DNA from: an uncultured virus (IMG/VR IMGVR_UViG_3300032307_000587)
Taxonomy: Duplodnaviria > Heunggongvirae > Uroviricota > Caudoviricetes
DNA: 64,000 nucleotides
IMG/VR virus record: IMGVR_UViG_3300032307_000587
Direction: 5' to 3' (one strand)
Shown one piece after another: positions 47,408-56,423 of the stretch (the stretch's first letter is position 1; each line of letters starts with the position of its first letter). The position numbers were made by a program, and so were the translations under genes. Under the pieces are notes generated by a model, which was given only the letters and a program-made list of their open reading frames with translations, was not told the DNA's origin and ran no database searches.

Positions 47408-47895
47408 TGGCATTAAAAAGTTATATAGTTATAGCGGATGTAAAAACTCCATACGTTCAAGCAACGGGAATAGCACATAGACCACAACAAGTAAGGTTTA
47501 AGTTAATTCGTAAAGGCGAAATTATTAAAGGCGAATTAAAACACGCTAACAATAAACCCGCTTTTGTGTTGGTTAATGGTGCATTGGTTGTTCCTTTAAG
47601 TGCATTAAAAGAACTTGTTACCAAAGATGTATCAAGTGATTTTGATGGCGCAACTACAAGCGAAAAAAAACCTATCAAATTGCCTTCTATCAATAAAGTA
47701 AAATATGTTGATGCGGTAATTGTTGGAGCGTTGGCGGGTGTAGGCGGTGCTTACCTTATGGAAAAACAAGGTTGGTTGGGCGAACCTGACAAAAAGAACA
47801 AGTTATATGGGGCGTTGATAGGTGGAGCGGTTGCTCTTTATGGATTATACCGTTACAAAGCGTACTTGAAAGATAAATCTAAAGAAAAAGAATAA
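47407..47895 (+). CDS. Membrane protein, two C-terminal TMs
   Basis: SDFDG motif; architecture like 44334..44768. Confidence 0.6.
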   Translation: MALKSYIVIADVKTPYVQATGIAHRPQQVRFKLIRKGEIIKGELKHANNKPAFVLVNGALVVPLSALKELVTKDVSSDFDGATTSEKKPIKLPSINKVKYVDAVIVGALAGVGGAYLMEKQGWLGEPDKKNKLYGALIGGAVALYGLYRYKAYLKDKSKEKE

Positions 47896-47898
47896 AAT

Positions 47899-48891
47899 AT
47901 GTTGCCAATTATAATCGGGGCAGTAAGCCTTATAGCGTATGGGTTATTTGACGAAAACTCAAAACCAAAAGTCGTAAAAAGAATGGCTAAAGGTGGGAAT
48001 GTAAAAAGTTTTGAAGAAATATTTGAAGAATATGAGGAAAATGAAGACAATAATTATCATAGTGAAAATGTTGTTTTATTAGCCAAAAATTTTGGTAGTG
48101 CAGAAGATTTAAAATTAGCAAAAAGTATTCTGAAAAAACACGAAAGTGAGGGTTCTTTAAGCAATGAACTTAATAAACAAAGGTCTGCTTTAAGTGAAAA
48201 GCTATATCCAAAGCTAATAGCCTCTAAAAATAAAATGGCTAAAGGTGGTAATATTGGCGAAGAATTAATGGGTGGTCAGCCAAATCAAAAAAAACCAAGT
48301 GGTGCAATACTTTTAGAAGTTCGCAAAAATGGTAAAGAGATTATTGTTACCGAAGATGGTGGTAAAACCAAAGAATTATATGTAAAAAGCAATGGTTATA
48401 GTGGTTATACATTACATTATAATGATAATCAATATGAGTTTGTAGAAACATTGGATTTAATGGCTAAAGAGGGAACAACCGATTCTTCTGATAAAAAGTA
48501 TAGTGCTTTAAAATCGGGAACAAGAAAATCGAATAAATACGCTCATGTTGAAATGCGTGGAGGTCGTGTTTACCATAGACGTAATGCTAATCAATATGGC
48601 AAAGCTAAAGGCGGTAAAACGTATGTTGAAAACAGAGAGAATAGAGCCGACAAAAGAGTGTATTTGGAGAAAGGTGGTGAAGTAGATACATGGGAAAATA
48701 TTTTAGTCGATTATGGATTCAAAAAATCAAGAACTAAATTAGGTGTAAAGTTTTACAAAAAGGGTAAATATTTTGCAAGTATAGATAATAGAAGAAGAAT
48801 GGTAGAGTTGTATTTTGAAGATATTGAACTATATAGTGGATACTCTATTCAGAGTTTAATTGACGAGTTGGATAAAGAATTTAAACATTAA
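47899..48891 (+). CDS. N-terminally anchored protein of GG-delimited modules
   Basis: N-terminal TM; MAKGG x2, MAKEG, LEKGG; module shared with 31811..32857. Confidence 0.65.
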   Translation: MLPIIIGAVSLIAYGLFDENSKPKVVKRMAKGGNVKSFEEIFEEYEENEDNNYHSENVVLLAKNFGSAEDLKLAKSILKKHESEGSLSNELNKQRSALSEKLYPKLIASKNKMAKGGNIGEELMGGQPNQKKPSGAILLEVRKNGKEIIVTEDGGKTKELYVKSNGYSGYTLHYNDNQYEFVETLDLMAKEGTTDSSDKKYSALKSGTRKSNKYAHVEMRGGRVYHRRNANQYGKAKGGKTYVENRENRADKRVYLEKGGEVDTWENILVDYGFKKSRTKLGVKFYKKGKYFASIDNRRRMVELYFEDIELYSGYSIQSLIDELDKEFKH

Positions 48892-48909
48892 TAATAAAAA
48901 TAAAATAAA

Positions 48910-49515
48910 ATGGAAGTAATAACAGAAAATCCGATTATATATATAGGTGCAAATGACACTTATGATGCAGACATATTCTTAGCTTTAGATGGTAAAAACC
49001 CCTCATTGGTGAGAGATTTTCAAGATTGGATGGATGACAATTATCCTACATGGTTAAATGGTAAAAAACTTAACAAAGGTTCGGGATATGGCAATTTTGG
49101 AAGAAACACTAAAAAAGCATACGAAAAATATGGCGAACAATACGAAAAAGGCAATAGAGGTATTGGTTTAGCAAAACCAAAAGTTGAAAAACCCGCTACG
49201 CCAACAGTTATTCCCGCAGTAAATCCAAGTCCTAAACAAATTGCAGATGCAAAGAAAAAAGGATTTAATTGGGATAAAGCAAGAGGTGTTTTTGTTAAAG
49301 CGCAAGAGTTGGGAATTGTAGATTCATTGTTAAGTAGATTGGGAATAACCCCAAGAACTCCTAATGAATTGCCCGAAGTAGGAACTGAAACGGGTATGCC
49401 ATTACCTGATGGTGAAAAGAAAGGCATGAATAATACAACAAAAATTTTAATTGGTGTTGGTGTAATTGCCGTAATTGGTGTAATTTTGTATTCAGCAAAA
49501 TCAAAAAGTAAATAA
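48910..49515 (+). CDS. Membrane protein with peptidoglycan-binding-like domain
   Basis: FQDWMD..YP.W.NGK.LNKGSGYG.FG.NT.KA, shared with 54309; C-terminal TM. Confidence 0.55.
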   Translation: MEVITENPIIYIGANDTYDADIFLALDGKNPSLVRDFQDWMDDNYPTWLNGKKLNKGSGYGNFGRNTKKAYEKYGEQYEKGNRGIGLAKPKVEKPATPTVIPAVNPSPKQIADAKKKGFNWDKARGVFVKAQELGIVDSLLSRLGITPRTPNELPEVGTETGMPLPDGEKKGMNNTTKILIGVGVIAVIGVILYSAKSKSK

Positions 49516-50303
49516 TGTTTAGTAAACTTTACCAATCGGATAATAAAAACGTATGCTTACTTGTTACAATCAAATGTAAAGGTAGATGTACTTTTCGTGC
49601 GTGGGCAGAAGATTATGGTAAAGTTAATAGCAAATATGTAGATAGAGAGATTGTAGTTGATGGGCAAAGGACTATAAGATTTAGTTTCCCCGTTACTCCG
49701 AAAACTTTGTTTATTGGCGTTGGTAATAAAGAGAATCCACAAGATAAAAGTTTTGAGGTTACATTGATTGAAGCCCCGTTAAAAACTTATAACATTTGGC
49801 TCGATTTCCAAACTAAAAGATTTTTGCAATTAGCTACACAATTCAGTCAAATATGTGGGTTTGAAAATGCAACCCCAAGTGGGCGTTTATTCCAATCTGA
49901 AAATAGTGAGTTTGTGATTAAATTCATGGATATTATTAAAGATGCAAGGTCGGGAACTCCCCTTAACACTCCTTCAAGAATAGGACACAATACGGGTATT
50001 ATAGAAGTTGCTAAAGTTAAGTTTGATACTTACACGATACCAATGAGAATGATGATTCTATTGCATGAATATTCGCACAAATATAAAAACCCTAAAATTG
50101 GTTTAGATATTTCAGATGAAGTTGGGGCGGACATTAATGCTTTGTATATTTACTTAGGATTAGGCTATTCCAAAATAGATGCAATTTGTGTATTTGCGAA
50201 TGTGTTTTTAAAGGCGCAAACAAGTAGCAATATACAAAGAATGAGAAAGATAATGGATTATATACAAAGATTTGAAAATCAAGAATACGCAGAATTAGAT
50301 TAA
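49515..50303 (+). CDS. Zincin-like metallopeptidase (candidate maturation protease)
   Basis: ILLHEYSH...DE..AD..AL; embedded in structural operon. Confidence 0.6.
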   Translation: MFSKLYQSDNKNVCLLVTIKCKGRCTFRAWAEDYGKVNSKYVDREIVVDGQRTIRFSFPVTPKTLFIGVGNKENPQDKSFEVTLIEAPLKTYNIWLDFQTKRFLQLATQFSQICGFENATPSGRLFQSENSEFVIKFMDIIKDARSGTPLNTPSRIGHNTGIIEVAKVKFDTYTIPMRMMILLHEYSHKYKNPKIGLDISDEVGADINALYIYLGLGYSKIDAICVFANVFLKAQTSSNIQRMRKIMDYIQRFENQEYAELD

Positions 50304-50304
50304 A

Positions 50305-51270
50305 ATGATAAAAGACCCTATAAATAACTTTGATGATGATGATATTGAACTATTCGGTGGTGATGATGCCGAATACTCTAATATTGATAGTCAAAAAACT
50401 ATCGAAGTTGATGGGGATTTTGATGATTTTGACGATGCGGTAATTGATATTGATTTTAGTGATATAACGGGTGATTCTTTTAGAAAATCATTTAAAAAAG
50501 CTACCAATAAAATCAACCAAAAAAGAGGCGTAAGAAAACGTAAAACGCTACAACCAAAAAAACCTTTAAGCAGACAATTTGGCGTAAGCAAAAATGCAAC
50601 AATAGTTGGTCGTAAAAAGCAATTAGGCAAAGTGATTGTTCCCGATGATAGAAGTGTCATTGTAAAAGGCGTAAGTAAGTTTATTTTAAGCGATAAAAAA
50701 GAAGATAATTCATATAGAAATATAGGTTATTGGAATGGCAAAAAACTTCAAGAATTGGTGTTTATTTTTAACAATGATTCAGCGTTGGATTTTGACTTAT
50801 CATTATTTAATCCTTCTATGCCTTTAGATTATTTGTATGCAACAAGTCAAAACCTAAATGACAAGATACAAGTGGCGGGTAATAGCGGTGTAAGTTATAC
50901 CGATGTATTATTTAATATTTTAGCGAATCCTATTTTAGTAAGAAGCGCAACAATTGTTATTTCAGGCGCACAACCCGTATCTCAAAGAGCGGTTGCACTT
51001 AGGGTTCAAGATAAATATATCAATGGTGTTACAGAAATTGTTCCAATTAATTTAGCATTAGAAATAGATACAATGCAAGTTGATGGTAACACGATTTCAT
51101 TTAACATTAATGATGTTTTAAATAGAGCGTTTATACCCGATGGTATGGATGTGATTAATTATAAAATTTTGGCGGGTAATACGGTAACAATTTGTTTTTA
51201 TCACGAGCAAAAATCAATCAAGAAATTATTCTTTGATGAGGCAAGGGCAAAAAAACCAAGTAGATTTTAA
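50305..51270 (+). CDS. Paralog of the capsid candidate (second/minor capsid protein) with acidic and basic N-terminal extension
   Basis: C-terminal about 170 aa aligns by eye with 43053 protein. Confidence 0.55.
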   Translation: MIKDPINNFDDDDIELFGGDDAEYSNIDSQKTIEVDGDFDDFDDAVIDIDFSDITGDSFRKSFKKATNKINQKRGVRKRKTLQPKKPLSRQFGVSKNATIVGRKKQLGKVIVPDDRSVIVKGVSKFILSDKKEDNSYRNIGYWNGKKLQELVFIFNNDSALDFDLSLFNPSMPLDYLYATSQNLNDKIQVAGNSGVSYTDVLFNILANPILVRSATIVISGAQPVSQRAVALRVQDKYINGVTEIVPINLALEIDTMQVDGNTISFNINDVLNRAFIPDGMDVINYKILAGNTVTICFYHEQKSIKKLFFDEARAKKPSRF

Positions 51271-52922
51271 TGGAATTATATAGTACGGCATATCAAAATC
51301 AATCAAGAGTTGTTAGCGGAACAATAACCGTTAATAATGATGATTCTATATTGTACTGCAATACGTCTGCGGGTGCGGTGGTTATCAATCTTATTGATAT
51401 ACCTACAAACTTTTGGAGTACGCAATACAAATTGTATATTGCTGATAATTCTAACAATGCAAGTGTAAATAACATTACAATTAATGCGCCAACGGGATTT
51501 ACAATCAATGGGGCGGCATCAATAACTATTAGTACAAATGGAGGCAGTTGTATCGTAAGAATAAGCGGAAATACAACTTATCTTTGTGAATTATCAACAA
51601 CTTCTGCACCAAGTACGCCATTTGAGGGTACTAATTGGTCATTTGTTTATGGCAACGGAACACATACTGCAAACGCAACCCAATTACAGAGTGCATACAC
51701 TTCGGCAAAAACAAAAACACCTAATGGGCAACCATTGAGTGCAACAAACAGATTTACGGTTATTGTAGGGGCGGGTTATTATCAATTTTCATCTAACTTT
51801 TTAGTTGATGCGAATTTTATTGACATAGTTTCTTTAACGGGTAACATGGATGTTGTTTTTAGTGGAGCGGGAACAATTGTTGTATCAATCAATGATGTTT
51901 TATTGAGAGGTATTAATGTATTGACAAAAGCCTTTTCATTAACAAGTTCAAGCCCATTAAACGTAAGTGTAATTTGCGAAAATTGTAAAGGCGGTAATGA
52001 TAGTTTTGGTAAAGACATTGAAGTATCAGGAGTTTTCAGAAATTGCATAGGCGGTAATTTATCATTTGGAGGTGGCACAACGGGTCAGGCAAATGGAACA
52101 TTTACTGATTGTGTGGGAGGCACATCAAGTTTTGGTGGTTTTGGTGGAACTGCAAGTGGTGTATTTACCAATTGTGTAGGAGGTCAATATGCTTTTGGTG
52201 GTGGTGGCGGTGTTGCAAGTGGAACATTTGTCAATTGCGAAGGTGCTAATTATTCATTTGGAACGAGCGGAACTGCAAGTGGAACATTTGACAGTTGTAA
52301 AGGTCTTTTAGAATCATTTGGTGGCGGAAGTGCGGGTGTATCGGATGGCGTATTCGTTAAGTGTGAAGGCGGTGACAATAGTTTTGGAGGTGGCGACAAT
52401 ACGGCTTTATCAGATGGAACTTATAAGAATTGTAGAGGCGGGGATGGTTCATTTGGCGGTAATGGTGCGATAGCATCAGGTAATTATGAATATTGCGTTT
52501 CGACAACAAATTCATTTGGTGGTGGTGGCGGAACGGCATCGGGTAATTTTGAATATTGCGAAGCTACTAATGGTTCATTTGGCGGTGGCGCAAGTGGTGT
52601 GGCTTCGGGAGTATTTAACTATTGTAAATCAGGGAACAATTCATTTGGCGGTGATAGTTCAACGGGCGGAACGGCATCGGGGGAATTTAATTATTGCAAA
52701 TCGGGTATAAATTCATTTGCGGGAAGTAGTGTAACGGGCGGAACGGCATCAGGTACTTTTACAAGTTGTATAGGTGATGCAAATTCATTTGGGCTTAATG
52801 GAACACTTTCAGGCAAATGTTATTTTTGCAGAATAGCATCTATAACATCATTTCCAACGGTGTCAGGTGGCGGAAGAACTATGTATTGCATAAATGGTAA
52901 TAACACAACAAATAATCAATAA
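51270..52922 (+). CDS. Spike/fibre protein with beta-helix repeats
   Basis: About 13 ASGxFxNCxGGxxSFGG repeats; NNASVNNITI N-domain. Confidence 0.65.
   Translation: MELYSTAYQNQSRVVSGTITVNNDDSILYCNTSAGAVVINLIDIPTNFWSTQYKLYIADNSNNASVNNITINAPTGFTINGAASITISTNGGSCIVRISGNTTYLCELSTTSAPSTPFEGTNWSFVYGNGTHTANATQLQSAYTSAKTKTPNGQPLSATNRFTVIVGAGYYQFSSNFLVDANFIDIVSLTGNMDVVFSGAGTIVVSINDVLLRGINVLTKAFSLTSSSPLNVSVICENCKGGNDSFGKDIEVSGVFRNCIGGNLSFGGGTTGQANGTFTDCVGGTSSFGGFGGTASGVFTNCVGGQYAFGGGGGVASGTFVNCEGANYSFGTSGTASGTFDSCKGLLESFGGGSAGVSDGVFVKCEGGDNSFGGGDNTALSDGTYKNCRGGDGSFGGNGAIASGNYEYCVSTTNSFGGGGGTASGNFEYCEATNGSFGGGASGVASGVFNYCKSGNNSFGGDSSTGGTASGEFNYCKSGINSFAGSSVTGGTASGTFTSCIGDANSFGLNGTLSGKCYFCRIASITSFPTVSGGGRTMYCINGNNTTNNQ
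51990..52800 (+). repeat. Coding repeats (about 20-22 aa, Cys/Phe ladder)
   Basis: G.F..C.GG..SFGG periodicity; approximate bounds. Confidence 0.75.
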
Positions 52923-52925
52923 GAC

Positions 52926-53351
52926 ATGGGAATAAAATCAGGTAAAGTAGATGTAGTAAATTCAATACCAACTTATAATGCAACCGTTTTGGATTGGATT
53001 GAGTGGCATAAAGGATTGAAAAGCAATTTTGGTAAAAAAATGGCAAATAGTCTATTTTTAAAGGCTTGGAAGATAAGAGGTAGTTCAAAACTCAATACGG
53101 GTGATTTAAGAACTTACTTAAATAGTCAAGGTATTAAAATGGATACAAATGCTTGGGATAAATTAGTAGATTTTGGAGGCGGTATTTCAGATACAATTGG
53201 AGGTACATTTCAAGCGGGTAGAGTAATTTCAATTACATTAGGAGTAATAATTGTAGGTGGTTTAGGGTTATTTATTTTTAACATTGCAAGAAAACCAAAC
53301 GAAACTATTAGATTAGCAACAACATTAGGTTCAAGAGGCGTAATACAATAA
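52926..53351 (+). CDS. Membrane protein
   Basis: W..WH..L...FG...AN; TM VISITLGVIIVGGLGLFIF. Confidence 0.6.
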   Translation: MGIKSGKVDVVNSIPTYNATVLDWIEWHKGLKSNFGKKMANSLFLKAWKIRGSSKLNTGDLRTYLNSQGIKMDTNAWDKLVDFGGGISDTIGGTFQAGRVISITLGVIIVGGLGLFIFNIARKPNETIRLATTLGSRGVIQ

Positions 53352-53355
53352 TAAT

Positions 53356-53823
53356 ATGAGAGTAAGTAAAAGAAATTTATATGTAGGCATTGGTGTTGCA
53401 GCAATAGTAGGCGTAGTAGCTTATGTTGTAGTAAGACGTAAAAACAATCAAAAGAAAATCCAACAAATTAATGACATATTAGACCAAAAGGTTCAAGACC
53501 CAAATACGGGAGCGGGGCAAAAGATTATTCAAAAAAGCGAATACGATAAATTGCCTATGGGTCAATATCCAATTAAGTTCGGACAAAGGAATAAACGTGT
53601 TTACGAAATACAAAAAATGTTAAATCGTAAATACGGAACATCAATCGACTTAGATGGTAGATATGGAGAATCGACTTGGAATGTATTGTGCGACAAATTA
53701 TGGTCGTCATGGTTAAAGGTAGGTGAATGTTATGAATTAACAAAAACAAGACCTACGCAAAGCAATCCAACGGGCTTAGTTAAAAGATACATACAACAAA
53801 AAGATTTCGAGGCACTCAAATAA
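53356..53823 (+). CDS. N-terminally anchored peptidoglycan-binding (PG_binding_1-like) protein
   Basis: IK.G.....V.EIQKMLN......LDG.YG.ST. Confidence 0.65.
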   Translation: MRVSKRNLYVGIGVAAIVGVVAYVVVRRKNNQKKIQQINDILDQKVQDPNTGAGQKIIQKSEYDKLPMGQYPIKFGQRNKRVYEIQKMLNRKYGTSIDLDGRYGESTWNVLCDKLWSSWLKVGECYELTKTRPTQSNPTGLVKRYIQQKDFEALK

Positions 53824-53849
53824 CATTAACAATTAATTATATATAAAAA

Positions 53850-54050
53850 ATGAATCCAACAGTATCAAAAGCAATCAGAATCGCTACTATTAGTGGTGGC
53901 GCAATTCTTGTGGTTAATTCCGCAACAAAATTAATGGGTGTAAAATCCGTTAAAGAGGCAGCTATGCCATTAATTTCAATCTTAGTGGGTATTGCAGCAT
54001 TTCAATATGCTTTAAAATCAAACCCAATCACAGTAGTTGAAAAAAAGTAA
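53850..54050 (+). CDS. Small two-TM protein
   Basis: Two hydrophobic helices, KK end. Confidence 0.6.
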   Translation: MNPTVSKAIRIATISGGAILVVNSATKLMGVKSVKEAAMPLISILVGIAAFQYALKSNPITVVEKK

Positions 54051-54088
54051 AAAGTAATAAACAACAAACAAATTAAATTTTAAAAAAA

Positions 54089-54298
54089 ATGAACAAAACA
54101 ATTTCAAGTGTAACAAGCAACCCAATGGGTGCTATCGTTGGTGGAGTAGCAGTATTCTACGGAGCGAAAAAATTTGCAAAAGTATCTAACACTTATGTGT
54201 TGATAGGTGCAACTGTATTAGGTATTATTGGTGGTGCAATGGCTCAAAAAAGCATTCAAGCATCAATGAGTAAACCAACTGCGAAAACAACTAAATAA
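54089..54298 (+). CDS. Small two-TM protein
   Basis: GAIVGG..., IGA..LGIIGG glycine zippers. Confidence 0.6.
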   Translation: MNKTISSVTSNPMGAIVGGVAVFYGAKKFAKVSNTYVLIGATVLGIIGGAMAQKSIQASMSKPTAKTTK

Positions 54299-54308
54299 TT
54301 TATTAACA

Positions 54309-55007
54309 ATGGCACAAAAGAATAAGGCATTAATTGTATTAGGTTCTCTTGTTGTTATTGGTTCGGTAGGCTATTACTTGTTTAGTAAGTCAAAAAAAGG
54401 GTCAAAAGGGGAAGGTTCATTAGAGCCTACCCCTAACGATTCTCCAACACCATCTCCAACTCCAACACCTAACGTAACACCCAAACCAATTGTAGGTAAA
54501 ACTTACAATGTAAAAGATTATTTAAACTCATCCGATGCAATAAAGAAATTTCAGGATTGGATGGATGCAAATCATCCAAATTGGGTAAACGGCAAAAACC
54601 TTAATAAAGGTAGTGGATATGGTACGCATATTGGTAAAAACACGCAAAAAGCGTGGAATAATCATAGTGCCGAGTATGTTGCTCTTTTAGAAAGACAAAA
54701 CCAAAGTGCTTCAACAAGGGCAGCAATTGAACAAATTAGAAAAAGATTGCCAAAAGGTAAAAATGTATTGGCGACAACCACTTTTAGAGCATTTGCGCAA
54801 GAATTAAGAAATGGACAATGGTTTCCAACTGATTCAGTAGGTAATCAATTGCCTTCAAAAGAATTTAAAGTGACATCAAGCGTAGGTAGAGTATTTGTAG
54901 TATTAAATGATGGAATGGTGATTGTGCAAGTTGCAGAAGCATTAAGAAGTAATTTGTCTAACAAAGATTTTTACCTAATAAAAGTAAATCCTAATTGGAT
55001 TAGATAA
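54309..55007 (+). CDS. N-terminally anchored protein, PT linker plus PG-binding-like domain
   Basis: PTPSPTPTP linker; FQDWMD...NGKNLNKGSGYG. Confidence 0.6.
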   Translation: MAQKNKALIVLGSLVVIGSVGYYLFSKSKKGSKGEGSLEPTPNDSPTPSPTPTPNVTPKPIVGKTYNVKDYLNSSDAIKKFQDWMDANHPNWVNGKNLNKGSGYGTHIGKNTQKAWNNHSAEYVALLERQNQSASTRAAIEQIRKRLPKGKNVLATTTFRAFAQELRNGQWFPTDSVGNQLPSKEFKVTSSVGRVFVVLNDGMVIVQVAEALRSNLSNKDFYLIKVNPNWIR

Positions 55008-55014
55008 TATAAAA

Positions 55015-55617
55015 ATGACTAATTCGGAATTTGTAAAAAAACACTTTAAAGAGGCTTATGAGTCAGCCAAAGGTAGTGGAATCTTTGTAGAAACACTATT
55101 GGGGCAATCTATTCTTGAAAGTTCAAGTGGTAAGTCTTTATTAAGTAGAAAATACAATAATTATTTTGGTATAAAAGCCGATAAGTCATGGAAAGGAAGG
55201 TCTGTAAACATGAAAACGGGTGAGGTTATTGATGGGAAATCCGTTACAATAAATTCTAATTTTCGTGTTTACGACTCTTTTAAAGAATCAGCAGATGATT
55301 ATATAAGATTTTTGAAAACAAACCCACGTTATGTAAAAGCGGGAGTGTTTAATGCAAAAAATTATAAAGAGCAAATTGAAGCCATAAAAAGAGGTGGATA
55401 TGCAACGGCAACTAACTATGTAAATTCGGTTGTAAATATAGTAAGAGGAATAACAAAAGATATTACATCATTGACAAAACTTGTTGAAAAAACAAAAGAA
55501 AAAGTTGAAGAGGGTGTAAAAACCGCAAAAGAAAATCCCATTAAAACGGGTATATTAGTCGCTTTACTTATAGTAAGTGGCTACATATTATTAAATAAGA
55601 CAAAAATAATTAAATAA
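55015..55617 (+). CDS. GH73/FlgJ-like glucosaminidase with C-terminal membrane anchor
   Basis: QSILESS.G, NNYFGIKA, FRVY.S..ES..DY, GYAT..NY; C-terminal TM. Confidence 0.9.
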   Translation: MTNSEFVKKHFKEAYESAKGSGIFVETLLGQSILESSSGKSLLSRKYNNYFGIKADKSWKGRSVNMKTGEVIDGKSVTINSNFRVYDSFKESADDYIRFLKTNPRYVKAGVFNAKNYKEQIEAIKRGGYATATNYVNSVVNIVRGITKDITSLTKLVEKTKEKVEEGVKTAKENPIKTGILVALLIVSGYILLNKTKIIK

Positions 55618-55621
55618 ATAT

Positions 55622-56122
55622 ATGGAAAATAGTTTTGAAAATTTCGATGGTGTAGTTACTTATGAAGCTGCATTAGGCATGACCCCAATTAGAGAAAATA
55701 AATTTGATGCAGATAATTTTTATGATATGGATGGTCGCAGATGTGGATGCGGTAGATGTCCTATGTGTGAAAGACAATCTAACGTAGTTGGAGGGCGTTT
55801 GCCATCGAGAGAGGAAATGAGAAGAAATCGTGCAAGAAGACAAGTAAGAAGAACTGCAAAAACTGATGCAAGAATAAGAAGAAGAGATGCAAGAGCAAAC
55901 ACTAAATTGACACAAGCGGATGCAAGTAGAATTGCAGCGCAAAGTTTAGGCAAAGAAAGTGCGAGTGATATTGCATTGGCACAAGCGTTAGCTACACCTA
56001 TTGGCGGAGCGACAGAAAAAAAGGGATTGTCTAAAAATGCAAAAATAGGCATTGCGGTTGGTTCTGTTTTGGTATTAGGAGTAATTGGGTTTTTCGTTTA
56101 CAAAAAATTTGCTAAAAAGTAA
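55622..56122 (+). CDS. Membrane-anchored Arg-rich protein with Cys cluster
   Basis: NFDG/DMDG motifs, CGCGRCPMC, RRNRARRQVRR, C-terminal TM. Confidence 0.6.
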   Translation: MENSFENFDGVVTYEAALGMTPIRENKFDADNFYDMDGRRCGCGRCPMCERQSNVVGGRLPSREEMRRNRARRQVRRTAKTDARIRRRDARANTKLTQADASRIAAQSLGKESASDIALAQALATPIGGATEKKGLSKNAKIGIAVGSVLVLGVIGFFVYKKFAKK

Positions 56123-56128
56123 TTAATT

Positions 56129-56278
56129 ATGAATCCCGAAGAGAGATTAGCTAACATAGAAAGACAACTTGTTAGAATCAAAAGAGGTGGAGATATTCAG
56201 ACATTTTTTTTGGTATTAGTATTTGTTTTTGGTATAACAAGTGTATCAGACTTGAAAGACAAAATAAAACTCAAATAA
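56129..56278 (+). CDS. Micro membrane protein (49 aa, not in ORF track)
   Basis: MNPEERLANIERQL...FFLVLVFVFGI. Confidence 0.55.
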   Translation: MNPEERLANIERQLVRIKRGGDIQTFFLVLVFVFGITSVSDLKDKIKLK

Positions 56279-56279
56279 T

Positions 56280-56423
56280 ATGACCGACCTTGAAAGAATA
56301 AAATTACTTGAAAGAAAGGTTAAAAATTTACAAACCATAAACTACCTAAGATTCGGATTCTTAGCGTTAAGTTTATTGGGTGTAACGGCTTATGTAATGA
56401 ACGAATTAAAGCGTAAAAAATGA
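56280..56423 (+). CDS. Micro membrane protein (47 aa, not in ORF track)
   Basis: MTDLERIKLLERKV...FGFLALSLLGVTAYVM; ATGA coupling. Confidence 0.55.
   Translation: MTDLERIKLLERKVKNLQTINYLRFGFLALSLLGVTAYVMNELKRKK

Noticed and set aside
49041..49535. 164-aa minus-strand ORF and the many other short antisense or overlapping ORFs in the track
   Set aside because: Lie opposite or within well-supported genes, lack promoters and start context, and show mirror-image composition
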